A stretch of DNA of 34,264 nt from Malacoraja senta. Taxonomy: Eukaryota. This document shows, piece after piece, positions 1 to 13,100 of this stretch. Position 1 is the stretch's first letter; the number at the start of each line of letters is the position of its first letter. A program made the translations under genes and the position numbers. The DNA lies in assembly GCA_038087875.1 (NCBI GenBank), contig JAXLNO010000642.1:62001-96264 (forward strand). Direction: 5' to 3'. The notes beneath the pieces are model-generated. The model had not been told where the DNA came from. It saw nothing but the letters and a program-made list of their open reading frames with translations, and did not search any database.

Positions 1-141
1 TCTGTGTATCTTCCCCTTTTCTCTAACTATTATAATGATTTTAAACTGATTAAACTATTTATGTATGGTATATTTCCTGTTTAGATAGCATGCAAAACAA
101 AGCTTTTCACTGTACCTTGGTACTTGTGACATTAATAAACA
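1..141 (+). repeat. LINE/SINE 3' tail (L2/Rex-like)
   Basis: aaagcttttcactgtaccttggtacttgtgacattaataaac tail; similar in layout to tails at about 10930 and 28400. Confidence 0.5.
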
Positions 142-482
142 ATGGAGAAATGGCATTGATGGAATTGCTCTGAGGGGCATCATGGACTGAGGGGCATCAT
201 GGGGTGAATGAAATCATACATTGTGGGAAAAGTTGAGAAATAACTCTGTGAAGTAAACACTATCCCACTTTAACTGGCTCTGTCCATCTAATCTGTTACA
301 TCAGATGCTAGCAATTTGAAACATGTTGGAAATGCCTAGCAGGTCAGACAGAGCCAACAGAAAGAAATAGAACAAATGTGTCAGGTCAATTACTTTCCAT
401 CAAAGTAACTACTGAAGGGAAGCATTAACTCTGTTGGCTCTCCACAGATGGTGCTGGCACTGCTGCACATGTCCAACAGCGG

Positions 483-716
483 ATAGAAACATAGGAAATA
501 GGTGGGGGTGTAGGCCATTCGGCCCTTCGAGCCAGCATCGCCATTCAATGTGATCATGGCTGATCATCCAAAATCAGTACCCTGTTACTGCTTTCTCCCC
601 ATATCCCTTGATTGCGTTAACTCTAAGAGCTAGTTCTAACTCTCCCATGAATACATCCAGTAAATTGGACCCCACTGCCTTCTGTGGCAGAGAATTCCAC
701 AGATTCACAACTCTCT
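483..716 (-). mobile_element. CR1-type LINE 3' end
   Basis: Reverse complement closely matches the CR1 3' end at 3900-4138. Confidence 0.8.
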
Positions 717-749
717 AGATTAATTGTGGTTAAATGTGTACTTCCTCTA

Positions 750-860
750 TACTTAGTTTAGTGTGGTTCAGAGATACAGCATGGAAAAGACCTTTTGGCC
801 CACCAAGTCCACGCCGACCATCGATCACTCATTCACACTTGTTCTATGTTATCCCAGTTT
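750..860 (-). mobile_element. HE1-like SINE 3' portion (CR1-shared tail)
   Basis: tttagtttag...gatacagcatggaaa...ggcccaccaagtccacgccgacc; paralogous to 23263 and 28680. Confidence 0.7.
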
Positions 861-1032
861 TTTCTGCCATTGTGCCACCCTATCCTATGATTACCCAGCG
901 TCAACTTAAATCAAAATTATCCCATGGGTAAAAATGGGGGAATCTTTGATCTCATGCTGTACATGGTGGTTTTACTTATTATTTAGCATTCTGTTGCATT
1001 TGCTTTTGTTGCTAACAGCTTGTTTGTTTCAG

Positions 1033-1124
1033 GGTCTTTCTGAATATAAGAAGTGGTTGGCACTTTACTCCTCCAAACAACATGGCGTGGCTGTCAAACA
1101 AATGACCTGCCGTTCCTACGCAAG
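1033..1124 (+). CDS. gkup: gkup exon ([31 protein letters not shown])
   Basis: tttcag acceptor, AG|gtacc donor; phase 2 joins to 4737. Confidence 0.85.
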
Positions 1125-4100
1125 GTACCATTCATTTTGTGTTGCTCACACAACTCTGTTGCATTTAAATTTTAATGCAGATGCAATGAAGCCTGAAATG
1201 TTGCAATTATTTTGTTAATCAAGTGTGAGATGCCCAGCTGTTTACACAAGGAACTGCAGATGCTGGTTTACAAAAAGAGTGCTGGGGTGATTCAGTGGAT
1301 CAGTATCTCTGGAGAACATGGATAGGCGATGTTCTGATCATGAAGCTTCTTCAGACTGATTGTAGTAGGGAGGGGAAGAAAGGTGAAGGCCAATGTGCCA
1401 AAAGCCTTTTTGACGACCCTATCTACTTGTGATGCCACTTTCAACAAATGGTGTACCTGCTCTCCTAAATCCCTCCGCTCCACAACACTCCCCAGAGCCC
1501 TCCCATTCACTGTGTAGGTTCTGTCTACCCAAAATGTAATACCTCACATTTCTCTGTATTAAATTCCATCAACCATTCTTCAGCCCACCTGCCCAACCGA
1601 TCAAGATCCTGCAGCAATTTTTGACAATCATCTTCACAATCAACAATACCACACACTTTGGTATCATCTGTAAATTTGCTAATCATGCCATGTTGTTCTC
1701 AGGTATAGTTGAGTATAGGAGCAAAGAGGTCCTTCTGCAGTTGTACAGGGCCCTAGTGAGACCACACCGGGAGTATTCTGTGTATTTATTATTCGAGTGT
1801 TTAGTATTATAACCATGGATGTTCGGATGCGTTCTTATACCAGAGGCTCTATCACAAGAGCAAATAGCAGGGGTGATAATGCACATCCCTGTCTATTGCC
1901 CCTGGATAGTTGGCATTTCGGGGACAGTATGTTATTAGTCAATATTCTAGCAGTGGGCTTGTCATATAATAATTTTACCCATGAGATGAAATTCTCTCCC
2001 ATTTGAAATTTTTGCAATACTTTGAAGAGGTATTCCCATTCTACTTGGTCGAATGCTTTTTCTGCATCCAGTGAAATAATTGATAAATCTTCCTCTTCAA
2101 TTTTATGTGAATGCATTATATTAAAAAGACGTCTCAAATTATTGAATGAGTGTCTCTTGGGTATAAACCCAGTTTGATCCGCATTTATTAGTTTACTAAC
2201 ATATTTGCTTAATCTTCTTGCTGGAATTTTCGCTAGTATTTTCTGATCTGTATTTAACAGTGCGATAGCTCTGTATGAACCAGGGTCTTCTAGATCTTTA
2301 TCTTTTTTAGGTATAAGTGTAATAGTTGATTCCGCTAATGTTTTACTGGTAATGTCTGTTCTTTAAAAGCGTATGTGTACAGTTTTTGTAAGCGTGGTGA
2401 AATTATCTCGTAAAATCTTTTATAAAATTCATTACTGAATCCATCTGGTCCTGGCGTTTTACTGTTCTTCAGTGAATTTATTGTCTCTTCTATTTCTTTA
2501 ATTCAGACCTGAGCTCCTAATTCCTCTTGTTCCAACAGATTGAGTTTTGGGAGGTTGCAGTTATCCACAAAAATTATGACTTTAGTGCTATCTGTTGTTG
2601 TTTTGGATGTATATAAATTTTGATAAAATTCAGCAAATCTTTTATTAATATCTTTAGGTAACGGTACCTTCAATTTAAACCAGCATCTGCAGTTTTCCTA
2701 CACAAGGTGTTGTAGAGTTCTGGCACAAGGCTATCTCCTTGCCTGACACTAGAGGGTGCTACATTACTGTTCCGAGTCTGAAGAAGGGTCTCGACCTGAA
2801 ACGTCACCCATTCCTTCTCTCCCGAGATGCAGCCTGTCACGCTGAGTTACTCCAGCATTTTGTGTTTATATTCGGTTTAAACCAGCATCTGTAGTTCCTT
2901 CCCACACTGTTCCATTCAAAGATAGCTAGAAAAGACATAAAGAGCTGGAACAGCGGATCAGGCAGATCTCTTGAGAAAATAGATAGGTGTTGTTTTGGGT
3001 CGGGATCCTTCATCAGACTGATTGTGGTTTGGGCGGTTTGGGGACCCTAACCCTAAAGCCTGGTTAGTGATAGGTGGATACGGGTAGGGGAGGGGCATTG
3101 ATAGGCTAGAGATGAAAAGACAAACGTGGGGGACAGAGAAGAGAGGAGGGGAGAAAAAGAACAAAAGGGGGGGGGGGGGGGCGATGTGTAGGACAGTTAC
3201 CTAAGATTGGAGACTTCAATATTCATACTGTTAGGTTGTAGCTACCTATGCGGAATATGAGGTGCTGTTCCTCAAGTTGGCGTGTGGACTCACTGTGGCA
3301 ATGGAGGAGGCCCCTGGCAGAAAGGTCAGTGTGGAAACGGGAATGGTCCGCAATGGGAAATAGGAACTGGCTCTCTGTATGCCCACAGCTTGCCGACATT
3401 CTGGGACAGGCTGGCTATTTCAGCAGAGCAGATGTCTGAGATTCACACAGCTGCTGAGGAATTGGATGATTCTTTTGAGCTTTTAATTTGGAAGCATAAA
3501 CTGGCAGCTGACTAAGTTTACAATATGGACAAGGCATGTTATAATGCGATACAAGAGACGGCTGACACTGGAATCTGGAGCAACAAACAATCCGTTAGAA
3601 GAACTCCATTGAGCAATAGCTGTGAGTGGGAAGGAATGGCTGACATTTTGGGTTAACACAAGCATTAGGACTGAGAGTTGAGAGAGAGATAGCCACGGTG
3701 AAGAGGAATGGGTCGACTGGGCTTATATTCACTGGAATTTAGAAGGATGAGAGGGGATCTGATAGAAACATAAAATTCTTAAGGGACTGAACAGGCTAGA
3801 TGCAGGAAAAATGTTCCCGATGTTGGGGGAGTCCAGAACCAAGGATAAACAGTGTAAGAATAAAGGGTAGGCCATTTAGGACTGAGATGAGGAAAAATGT
3901 TTTCACCCAGAGAGCTGTGAATCTGTGGAATTCTCTGCCACAGAAGACAGTGGAGGCCAAGTCACTAGATGTTTGCAAGAGAGAGTTAGGTATAGCTCTT
4001 CAGGCTAACGGAATCAAGGGATATGGGGAGAAAGCAGGAACGGGGTACTGATTTTGGATGATCAGCCATGATCATATTGAATGGTGGTGCTGGCTCAAAG

Positions 4101-7100
4101 GGCCGAATGGCCTATTCCTGCACCTATTTTCTATGTTTTAATGTATCTTTATCAACTTTCCTTCCTTTGCCAGTAGTGCCACCAAAATAGATCAGTCATT
4201 TAAAATTATTTTAAATGTACCACTCTTCTTGCAAAGTTTTCTTTTAAATTGACAATGAATAATTGATTCTGAAGTGGAGGCAGTCATGATGCAGGGTCCT
4301 GATCCGAAATGTCGACGAATGTTTTGCTTATTCAGATGCTGCTTGACCCACTGACTTCCTCCAGCAGTTTGTTTTTGGTTGAGATTCTTGCATTTGCAAT
4401 CTCTAATATCTCCAAATAACATGACATCACTGAGGCTGATAAATGTAAAGGAAGATTACAGAGTAGAAGATAGAAATGATATCATGACCATGCTGTCATC
4501 TGCATATGCCCTTTCAGTTGTTTTCCATTCAGCAGTAATTTATGATACATTTCTTTAGTTGTATGCATGTATGTACCTCTCCACTCTAATATTGTTTTGT
4601 ATCTAAATGTTAACACAGAATTAAAACCAGAACATATCCACTGTTTACACAGAAGATGTCTCTTCATGTTCCAGATCTGTTTGAACAAATACTGGAATTG
4701 TAATGAATCATTGCACTGACATTGATTTGTCTTTAGGGCAGGGATTATGGGAAATCCATCAGACGGCTTCAATGGAAAGACTATTGCGATGACAATATCT
4801 AACTTCTGGGCTGATGTAATGATACATGAAAGCAAAAAACTTGTAAGTGAAACTCATGCATGCTTGAGCAGAGAACTTGGTGTAGAATAATTACAGGTTT
4901 TATCAAATGCTTTAAGGGAAATAACTGTTTTAATTTGCCCAGGGGGCTTATGTTGTCGATCTCCCCGTGGTGAGCCCTGTCAACTGTCCTCAGTTTGGCG
5001 AATGACAACAACCAGAGACAGCAGCAGCGTCGCAGCTTGGCGCCAACCCGGAGCATGCGCCCTTTTTAGGGCGGGCACCTACGGATGTCGAACCGGATGG
5101 CATCACCCTGCTGCAGACTTCTGCTGCCTCAAACGCAAGAAGAAGAAGAATTTGTTGAGAACTCGACAAGCATGATAGTAGTAGAACAGGTTTTGTTTTC
5201 AAGGCAGCCAGCATAGACATTTCAGGGTGAGCCTCAACTCAGTTTTGCGCATTTTGTGTTAACCGTATTTCTATCCTTCTGTTAGATTCTAAAATGTTTA
5301 TGCGTTAAAATTGCTTCTGCCTTCCAAGTATGGTGTGGTTAAGGGCCTACAAAATGGTGCAAATGGTTCCCCTTTTTCCAGTTTGATTTGGGAAATGGAA
5401 ATTTAGATTTACAATTCAAGGATGTAGTTATAATATATATCAAAATGCATTATCTTGCAAAGCACGTTATTGCATATTGTGGGTGTGGAAAGCTTTAGAG
5501 CTGATTTAACCGAGTTTTAATAGAAATTAGCTGGCAAAGAACGGGCAAAGAGAGAAAGAGAGAAATGCTGCTGTCCTGCTGAGTATTTCCCTGCATTTTC
5601 TACTTTTATTTCTGTATCCCCTTTATGAATGATTTCCAGTGGGTTTCTGGTGGATTGCTATGTTTTCCTAAGTTACTGCAGTAATCACATTCCAGAATTA
5701 TTAAACTGGCTGCAAGGCATTTTGGAATGTCCTGAGCTGGCGTACAAGATGATCAAGGCCCACCCTAAATCTCTGTTGTGAAATGGTGTTTGGCAACATC
5801 AGACCTCTATTACAATGCGCTGCATTATCTGACCTTCTCGCACTCCCTTCGGGCCATTCTTGGAACTTGCTGTTCCTCTCCCATCAATCACATCCCTGCC
5901 TTTTGAGTAATAGACTATAGTGCATTCAGGCACACACAGAAAACAAAAAAATAGATATTGAGGTAAAATACAATGCAGACGCAAATTACATGTTTTGTTT
6001 TTATGTATAAGGAGTGTTTTTACGTTTAATCTGATTCCCGCCAGAAATTAATGACTTGATTAACTGCAAATTTCTGTAATTTGTAAAGTGAATGTAACTT
6101 TTCTGCAATGTTATCCATCCTGTCTGCAACTCAGCCTCACTTTGCAAATATGACCTTGCAATATACAGTGCCCTCCATAATTTTTGGGACAAAGACCCAT
6201 CATTTATTTATTTACCTCTGTACTCCACAATTTGAGATTTGTAATAGAAAAAAAAAATCACATGTGGTTAATGTGCACGTTGTCAGATTTTATTAAAGGC
6301 CATTTTTATACATTTTAGCTTCACCATGTAGAAATTACAGCTGTATTTATACATGCACATTTTTTTCAGAACTGGTTTGCGTGAGTCTGTAAATGTTTAC
6401 TTGGTGGATAAAAAGAGGGCGAGGTTCAGTTGTTACTGCTTCCACAATCAGGTCACCCTCCTGAAAGGAAATAATGGAACTAACAGGAAGAAATGTATTT
6501 GTTAGGAACCAGCAGATTGACTGTGTCCATAGAAAACCATCGTGGCATTAAATCTTCTTCTTCCTCGTGTCCGGCCATCTTCTATATCACGTCTTTCCGG
6601 TCGGTCAGTGACGGTTGACGGTCAGTGGTTGCCAAATTGGCTACTTCAGTCAGTCACTGTGGTACAGTTTCTGTCGTCAGCATTGCCCGGGATGCGCCAC
6701 GTGGAGGCTTCTGCTTGCATCCCAGTGGCATTAAATGACATCACTCGTTAGGAACAGAAGGTTGAGTTATGCCCTCGACTATGCGGAAACCACTTTCGAC
6801 CATTAGGGAGAGTGACCAAAACCTCCGGGAACCTCACGGAAACCTTGGGTGGGGCGCAAGGTCACCAGAGGTTTCCGTTCAGGTTTCCTAAGTGGGACAG
6901 GGGCTTAAATGATATTTGTGCAGTCTTTTGAGGGCAAAACAAATTGAGCATTTGAAACAAAATGTGCTCCCCTCACTTGTGATTCTTTTTCTGTTTCTGA
7001 ATTCAGGTACTGGTACCCCATCCTCTCAATGACCCGACAGAGTTTGGAAGCTTGCAGGATTTGCATGGGATCAGTCGAAAGGAAGGGTTTGTATCTCAAA

Positions 7101-10100
7101 CATTCATTTCAATTTGAATAATTGTTTCACTTTTAGAAATCAGCAGTTTGCAGTTTTCATATTTCAGCATGAAGATGTATTCTTTTTGGTGGGGTTGGAG
7201 AATGGGAGAGACAATTAGAGGCTTTATTATTCACAAATTTGTGGAGATCTGATTTGGTGAGATCTAGAAAAGAGAACCTGAAATGGTGGAGAAATTAGAT
7301 TCTGAAAGGGAATTGAATTAAAGGGGAAAATGCAAGATTTTTGGAGGGAAAGGAAACAGACTCAGGACATTTCATAGAGCTGACACAAAGACCTTGTTCT
7401 GTTCAGTTTGTTATTAGACATATATATCACTGAGTACTAGTTTATCACTATGCGCACTTAGAAATATGACAGGCAACTGTCGACAGCAAACATCCTTTTA
7501 TTTAGTGAATTGCAATACTGCAGTCAACAGAATTCCTGAGTGGAACTACAATAAAGTTTGCCAATAAAACTAGGATTATTTCTCCAGCATAAGGTAGTGT
7601 TGTGGGTAGTTACATAATACAAAATATTTCTGTAAATCCCAGTCACATGGATTGTGGCTTCTAGACAGTTAATGGGATAAATTACCCAATCATTTTCTTC
7701 TTGGTTGGGGTGTGATGTTATAACAAGAAGCCTAAAAACTACAGCATTCTTCAACGGGGGGGGGGGGGGGAATACAATATCTGTGGGGGCAATAAAAAGG
7801 AAGTGCTTAACTAAAGTTTATTTTCACAGCTATTTGGGTGGTTTGAGGTTACTGCAAGCAACGTGTAAAAAGTTTTATCAGTACTGCTCTGAACAAGGGT
7901 AAGGAGAGCTTTATAATCTGTTTCACCCATTTGATGCAATAGATCGTCAAGCGATGTATATTCTGATATTGAGGTTAACCAGAGACTCTGTTTTCCCTGC
8001 CAGTGGGTCATAAACAATCCGTCAACCACTGATTTGAAATAGAACAGAGTAGAAGTTGCTCCCCTGTGGCCTGGCAAATATTTACATGGATTTTGCATTA
8101 GCCATATTAGTTCTCATGATTTTTACACCAGTACCCATGCTTCAGAGGCATGTAACTAGCAATAAATCACTTTCTTCACAGTAAATTCCTGTATGATTTT
8201 AACCACCGGGTGGTGCTTCGATGGCAGCCTCGCCTACAGTCTGTCTGTCATTTTTGTCTTTTTTTGTTATTTTTAGTGTGTTTTAAAAGTTTGTGTTAAT
8301 GTTCTCTGGTTTGTTTTATGTGGGGGTTGGGGGAGGGGGAGGGGAAAACTTGTTTTCAATCTCTTACCTTGGCGGAGATGCAATTGTTTTCCGGATCGTA
8401 TCTCCGGTTGCTCTGCGGCCTAAAACCCTTGTCTCACTGTGCGAGCTGACCCACGAGGTACCCCGAGCTTAAAACAAATTTAACTCGTGGTAATCACGTA
8501 CGATTAATGTAGCGGGAACGTCCTTGAGGTTAAAATTTGAAACATTTAAACACGTTGTAAGAACGCAGTGGCCCGTCCGTTTACCTTAGTGACTCGTGAG
8601 TCTACCGTGGGAACTCTTTAACTCTGCGGGCAGGCAGCATCTCTGGAGAGAAGGAATGGGTGATGGGATGACATTTCCAAATTGGGGGGGAGTGGGGGGT
8701 TGGAGGAGGGAGGGGGGGGGTGGAGGAGAGAGGGTGGAGAGTGGAGGGAGAGGAGGGGGAGACAGATGGGGGTGTCTTCATTCACTAGCGGCGGGTGCCG
8801 GTCACTGAAACAGGCGGGTGAGATTTCACATCCACCTTGTGTGTGTGTTTCTCTCTCTCCCTCCCTGCCTCTCACACAGGCTGAGAGACTCTGCCTCTGT
8901 GAGTGTACGTCTCTTTCTCCCCCTCTCCCACACACAGTAAGACCGAGGTAAGTCCATCTGTGTAAGTCCATCTGTGTCTCCCACATACAGTAAAACTCTG
9001 CTTTGTGTGTATATACGTCTCCCCCATTTCTCTCTCCCCCCCCACCTCCTCTTTCTCCCCCCCACCTCTCTCTTTCTCCCCTACACACAATAAGACCGAT
9101 GTATTCTGCTTAGTCTCTCTTCCCTCCCACACACACAGATAGACCGAGGCCCTGTGCGCTCTTTCTCTCCCCCCCACAGTCACGCCAAAGCACACCACAC
9201 TGCCTCTGTGTCTCTCTCTCTCTCTGTCTCTCTCCCCCTCTCTCCTTCATACACAGTCAGAGGTCCACACTGTCTCTGTGACTCTGTCTCCCCTACACAC
9301 ACACACAGACTGAGGTACACACCGCCCGTTGTGTGTGTGTGTCTGCCTCTGTCTCTCTCCCACACACACAGTTAAAGGTACTCCACGCTGCCTGTGTGTG
9401 TGTGTGTGTCTCTCTCTCTGTCCCACCCCCCACACCCACACACAGTCAGTCAGTCAGAGGAACTCCACACTGTGTGTGTGTGTGTGTGTGTGTGCCTCTG
9501 TCTCTCCCTATCACAGTCAGAGTGAGATACTCCCCCCGCAGTCTCTTCGCGGCCTCTCCCGGGCAGGGTGCATCTGCCTCCCTCAGGCTGCCCAGGCAGT
9601 CAGACACGACTCCGGTGGCGGGCTGCATGCACAGCTCCTGCCGGCCGGCTGGGAGTGGCGACGGAGGACAGGGGGAAGTTGGTCACCAGCGGGGCAGTCT
9701 CGGCTCTCCATGCAGTCCGAGTCTCGCTGGATCCTCGTAATCCTCTGCTTCTGTCAAATGGGTGAGTTTAACCTGACCCCCCCCCCCCCCCCCCCCCAAC
9801 CTCCCTCCACCTCAACTCACGCCTGGGCACCAAAGCAGCTCAGGAGGCAAACCCTGAGCTCCGTCTCCCAACAATCTGATGTGTGCATCCGTGCACATTC
9901 AAAGATTCCATCTCCAGTCTCCCCGCAGTGTGTAGACCTGGCAGTAAATTCAATTAAAATATAGCAAACCTCCGCCTGCTGGTCTTCTAACTACGTGATG
10001 TGTGTTTCAAACAAATCATCAGTATAACTGCCCTGGCACTGGACGGTGCGCATTTTCCCTTTGTAGGTCACATCAATAAATGCGGCCGCGCTGAATTCTA

Positions 10101-13100
10101 TCTTTAACTCAAAGCCGCAGGATGGAGATGTTGCTTATTAAAACAGACCTTCATTGAAGGTTGGCTCAAGAGTAACTCGGGAAAGGAACTTGTTAACTCG
10201 GGAGACGAACTTGGAACATCGCAGAAATTACAGTTAACGGCAAACTTTAGTCATACCCGTGGGAACTCGGTTAAACTCTTGATCATAAACTTGGAGTCTC
10301 GTACGCAACCACGAGTCTTTCACTCTGGGTCACCCGTGGGTCAACTCGCACAGTGAGACAGGGCTTTAGCATCGTGGAGCTGGAGGCCTTGCTCGGGTCT
10401 GACTTTGAGCCCCACTGAGAGGTTGACTTGCCATCCGTGCCGATCCCTTGCCTGTGATCGACGCTCCAACCGCAGTCTGCGAATTTCACCATCGAGAGCT
10501 CGCAGTCTCGGGTCGAGGCCGTCGTGAGGCTCCAAAAGCCGCACGACGTTTGACTAGCCCCGACCCAGGGTAGATCGCCCTGCGCGGGGGGAGCTGAGAT
10601 TCCCCCCGATGCAGGAGCTTGATTGCCCTGACGAGGAAGGCCAGCCGCCGGCTACGTGAGTAAGATCGTCCCGTTAACGGAAAGTTACAGGCCCCCGACC
10701 GCTGAAGGACAAAGAAGGGAGAGAACAAAGGTGGAACAGGGTACTGATTGTGGATGATCAGCCATGATCACATTGAATGGCCTACTCCTGCATCTATTGT
10801 TTATTGTCTATTGAGAGATTGAATTTTTTTTCGCCTTCCATCACAGTGAGGAACGCGGAGGAGTCACTGTGGTGGATGTTCATGTTAAAAAGGTTTTTTG
10901 TGTGTTCTGTTGCTTTTTATTAGTATTATGACTGTATGGCAAATGAAGTTCCTCATATGTTGCAAAACATACTTGGCTAATAAAAAATGTACTTGGCTAA
11001 TTAAAAAAATGATCATAATGTCCTGAGGCAGTGAAGGGTGTAAACCGTACTTTCTTTACGTCTAATTATGTTTTTTGGAAGGAAAATGAAATTCTACCAA
11101 TTCATGTCTCAATTTGTTTTCCTTACAGTTTAATTAATTTCATGTACATATTTTTCAGAATTGCTTTGGCCAAACGGAATTTCACTTTGAAATATGACAC
11201 TAATATACCACGGCAAGTGGTAGGTACATCTTTGAGCAAATTTGTAGATGCTGGCTTTTGTTTTGAAGTGAATAACATTTCAAGCAATTACTAAGAGCAG
11301 GAGGAGTTGAAGCTGGTACATTGTGCCAGGAGAATTACGTTTGTCAGTAAGTGCAGACGTGCAACTGAATGAAAAGATGTGCTGAAGGGCCCCAGAGGGC
11401 ATGAATTGCCTGTTTCTGTGCTTATAAAATCCTGCAAACTAATAAGTAGCTTGGAATGGAACTGTTTCAGTTAGACTTCATTGTTCACTCAAGTTGCATT
11501 CCTTATCGATCCTTGACATTCTTCACTACCTTGGCACAATTGGAATAGGATTTCCCTCTTCTTTATGCGGGGTAATGATAAGGTTTCCAACCCCATTCTC
11601 ACTATAATGCCATTTCATTTTCTATTTTGGGCTCTTTATAGAAGGAAGTATACTTAGCAACATTGGGGAGGTGAACTATCATTGAACCGCCAGACCAAGA
11701 GTACAGAACAAGTGCTGCTGATCTCATAGGAACTAGCTCATCTATCCTATGTCAGTTATGTCTTCAACCTCTACCACCTTTCATTTAGTTGGCACCAATT
11801 CCATTCACTATCTGGCTTGTTCTTAAGCAGTCAAAACCCTTGAACTAACCTTCTCTGTCACAAACAGCTGTATGACATTGCTAACTTTGATTTGCCCAAT
11901 GTCAGTCCAGACAATGACTTTTAATGTTTTATGCTATTTGCTGTGTTCAATTTTTTTCTTGCCTCATCCATCCCTATTGTTGCCTCCACCCACTCTAAAA
12001 TGCCTAACGACATTTTTCTCGTCTGCCTTTTATACATTCAGGTTTTTACATATGATTGACCATGTCTATAGCCTGGCTCCTGGGTTTGGAATTAACTACC
12101 AAAGTATTTTGCTGCTCTCTTCTCAAGATCCAATTCCGTGACATGCTTTCCATTACCCTTGCTAATATTAGTATTTTGGCTCAGCTTCTATTTATTTGAT
12201 TATGTTTCTCTACATGCTATTGAGAGTAATTCATTGTGCTTAGTAAGTGGAAGCTGTCATGTTGATTATGAAGGAATTGGAGCGGTAAAGGTAATTGTAG
12301 ATGATGGGCGTGGATCCTGAGAGGATTTTTTTTTAATGCAGTTTGGATGCATGTCATCTCATTTCTCTTATGTCTTTTCAACAGGGCCTTGCTGGAAGCA
12401 GGTCAGTGTTAATAAAACCCTTTGGATCATATATTCATTAAAATGAACATTCCTATAGGTCATAAAAATCCTTAAATGTGAATAGATTTCTCCTAGCATA
12501 TTCGCAGATGGACTGTATTCATCAGATCCTCTCACTGTAGTACTGCAGAAATGAAACTGAAGTACAATAGTAAATTTGTTATTATGGTATTAATGCACTG
12601 CATGCCATAAAATAATAATAGATTAATGATCGCATAACCCCCTTCACTTCTCTGCACTCATTATTCTCATTCCTATATTTAACATTTTTAGAATATCATT
12701 ACAGATTCACAAAATTACGCGGAATGTAGCACACAATAATAGACCTTTTTCCACAAAGCCATTCTCCTTTGTATACTTATTCAGCTTCCATTAAAACACA
12801 CATTGACAGCCTACGTCTGTTGAGAAGGTGAAAGAGCCTTTTGTTAAAATGAAGGCCGCAGTGGACTGCAGGAAAGATTTACTGGTTAGTTAAAAATGTG
12901 CTTCAGCTCTATCAATTACAGTTCATTTGATTTGTATAAAGGTCAACAAAGTGCTCATTCATTAGTGTTTCCCACGAAATGATAAGCCACGCATTCCACA
13001 CTCTAATTCCTGAGCAAGTACATTTCTCTGAATTCTTTCCTGTATTTTTTTTAATCATCTATTTATACTTTGTATTAGACTCCCTGTAAAATAGAAACTT

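Larger units (their letters stand above)
8203..11011 (+). mobile_element. Non-autonomous retroposon-like repeat split by the Harbinger-like insertion (8203-8423 and 10367-11011), with a small CR1 tail at about 10728-10812
   Basis: CpG-rich body reads through the insertion site (gcggcc-taa/tag-catcgtggagc); LINE-like tail with duplicated tacttggctaat(t)aaaaaatg. Confidence 0.5.

Noticed and set aside
171..202. Short tandem duplication of tgaggggcatcatgg
   Set aside because: Two copies only; ordinary local slippage
3045..3056. CCCTAACCCTAA telomeric-like dimer within a Penelope fragment
   Set aside because: Only two units and absent from the other copies; insufficient to claim a telomere link
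8930..9520. Repeated CACAGT resembling RAG recombination-signal heptamers or a CRISPR-like repeat
   Set aside because: No ACAAAAACC nonamer at 12/23 spacing, units are degenerate, and the context is eukaryotic
8596..9964. Many overlapping long ORFs (up to 211 aa)
   Set aside because: Low-complexity translations of microsatellite and G/C tracts; only the 9710-9761 leader-like piece was kept
9965..10140. Minus-strand coding-looking stretch ([27 protein letters not shown]) inside the Harbinger-like element
   Set aside because: Short, stop-interrupted and no family recognised; would need TBLASTX
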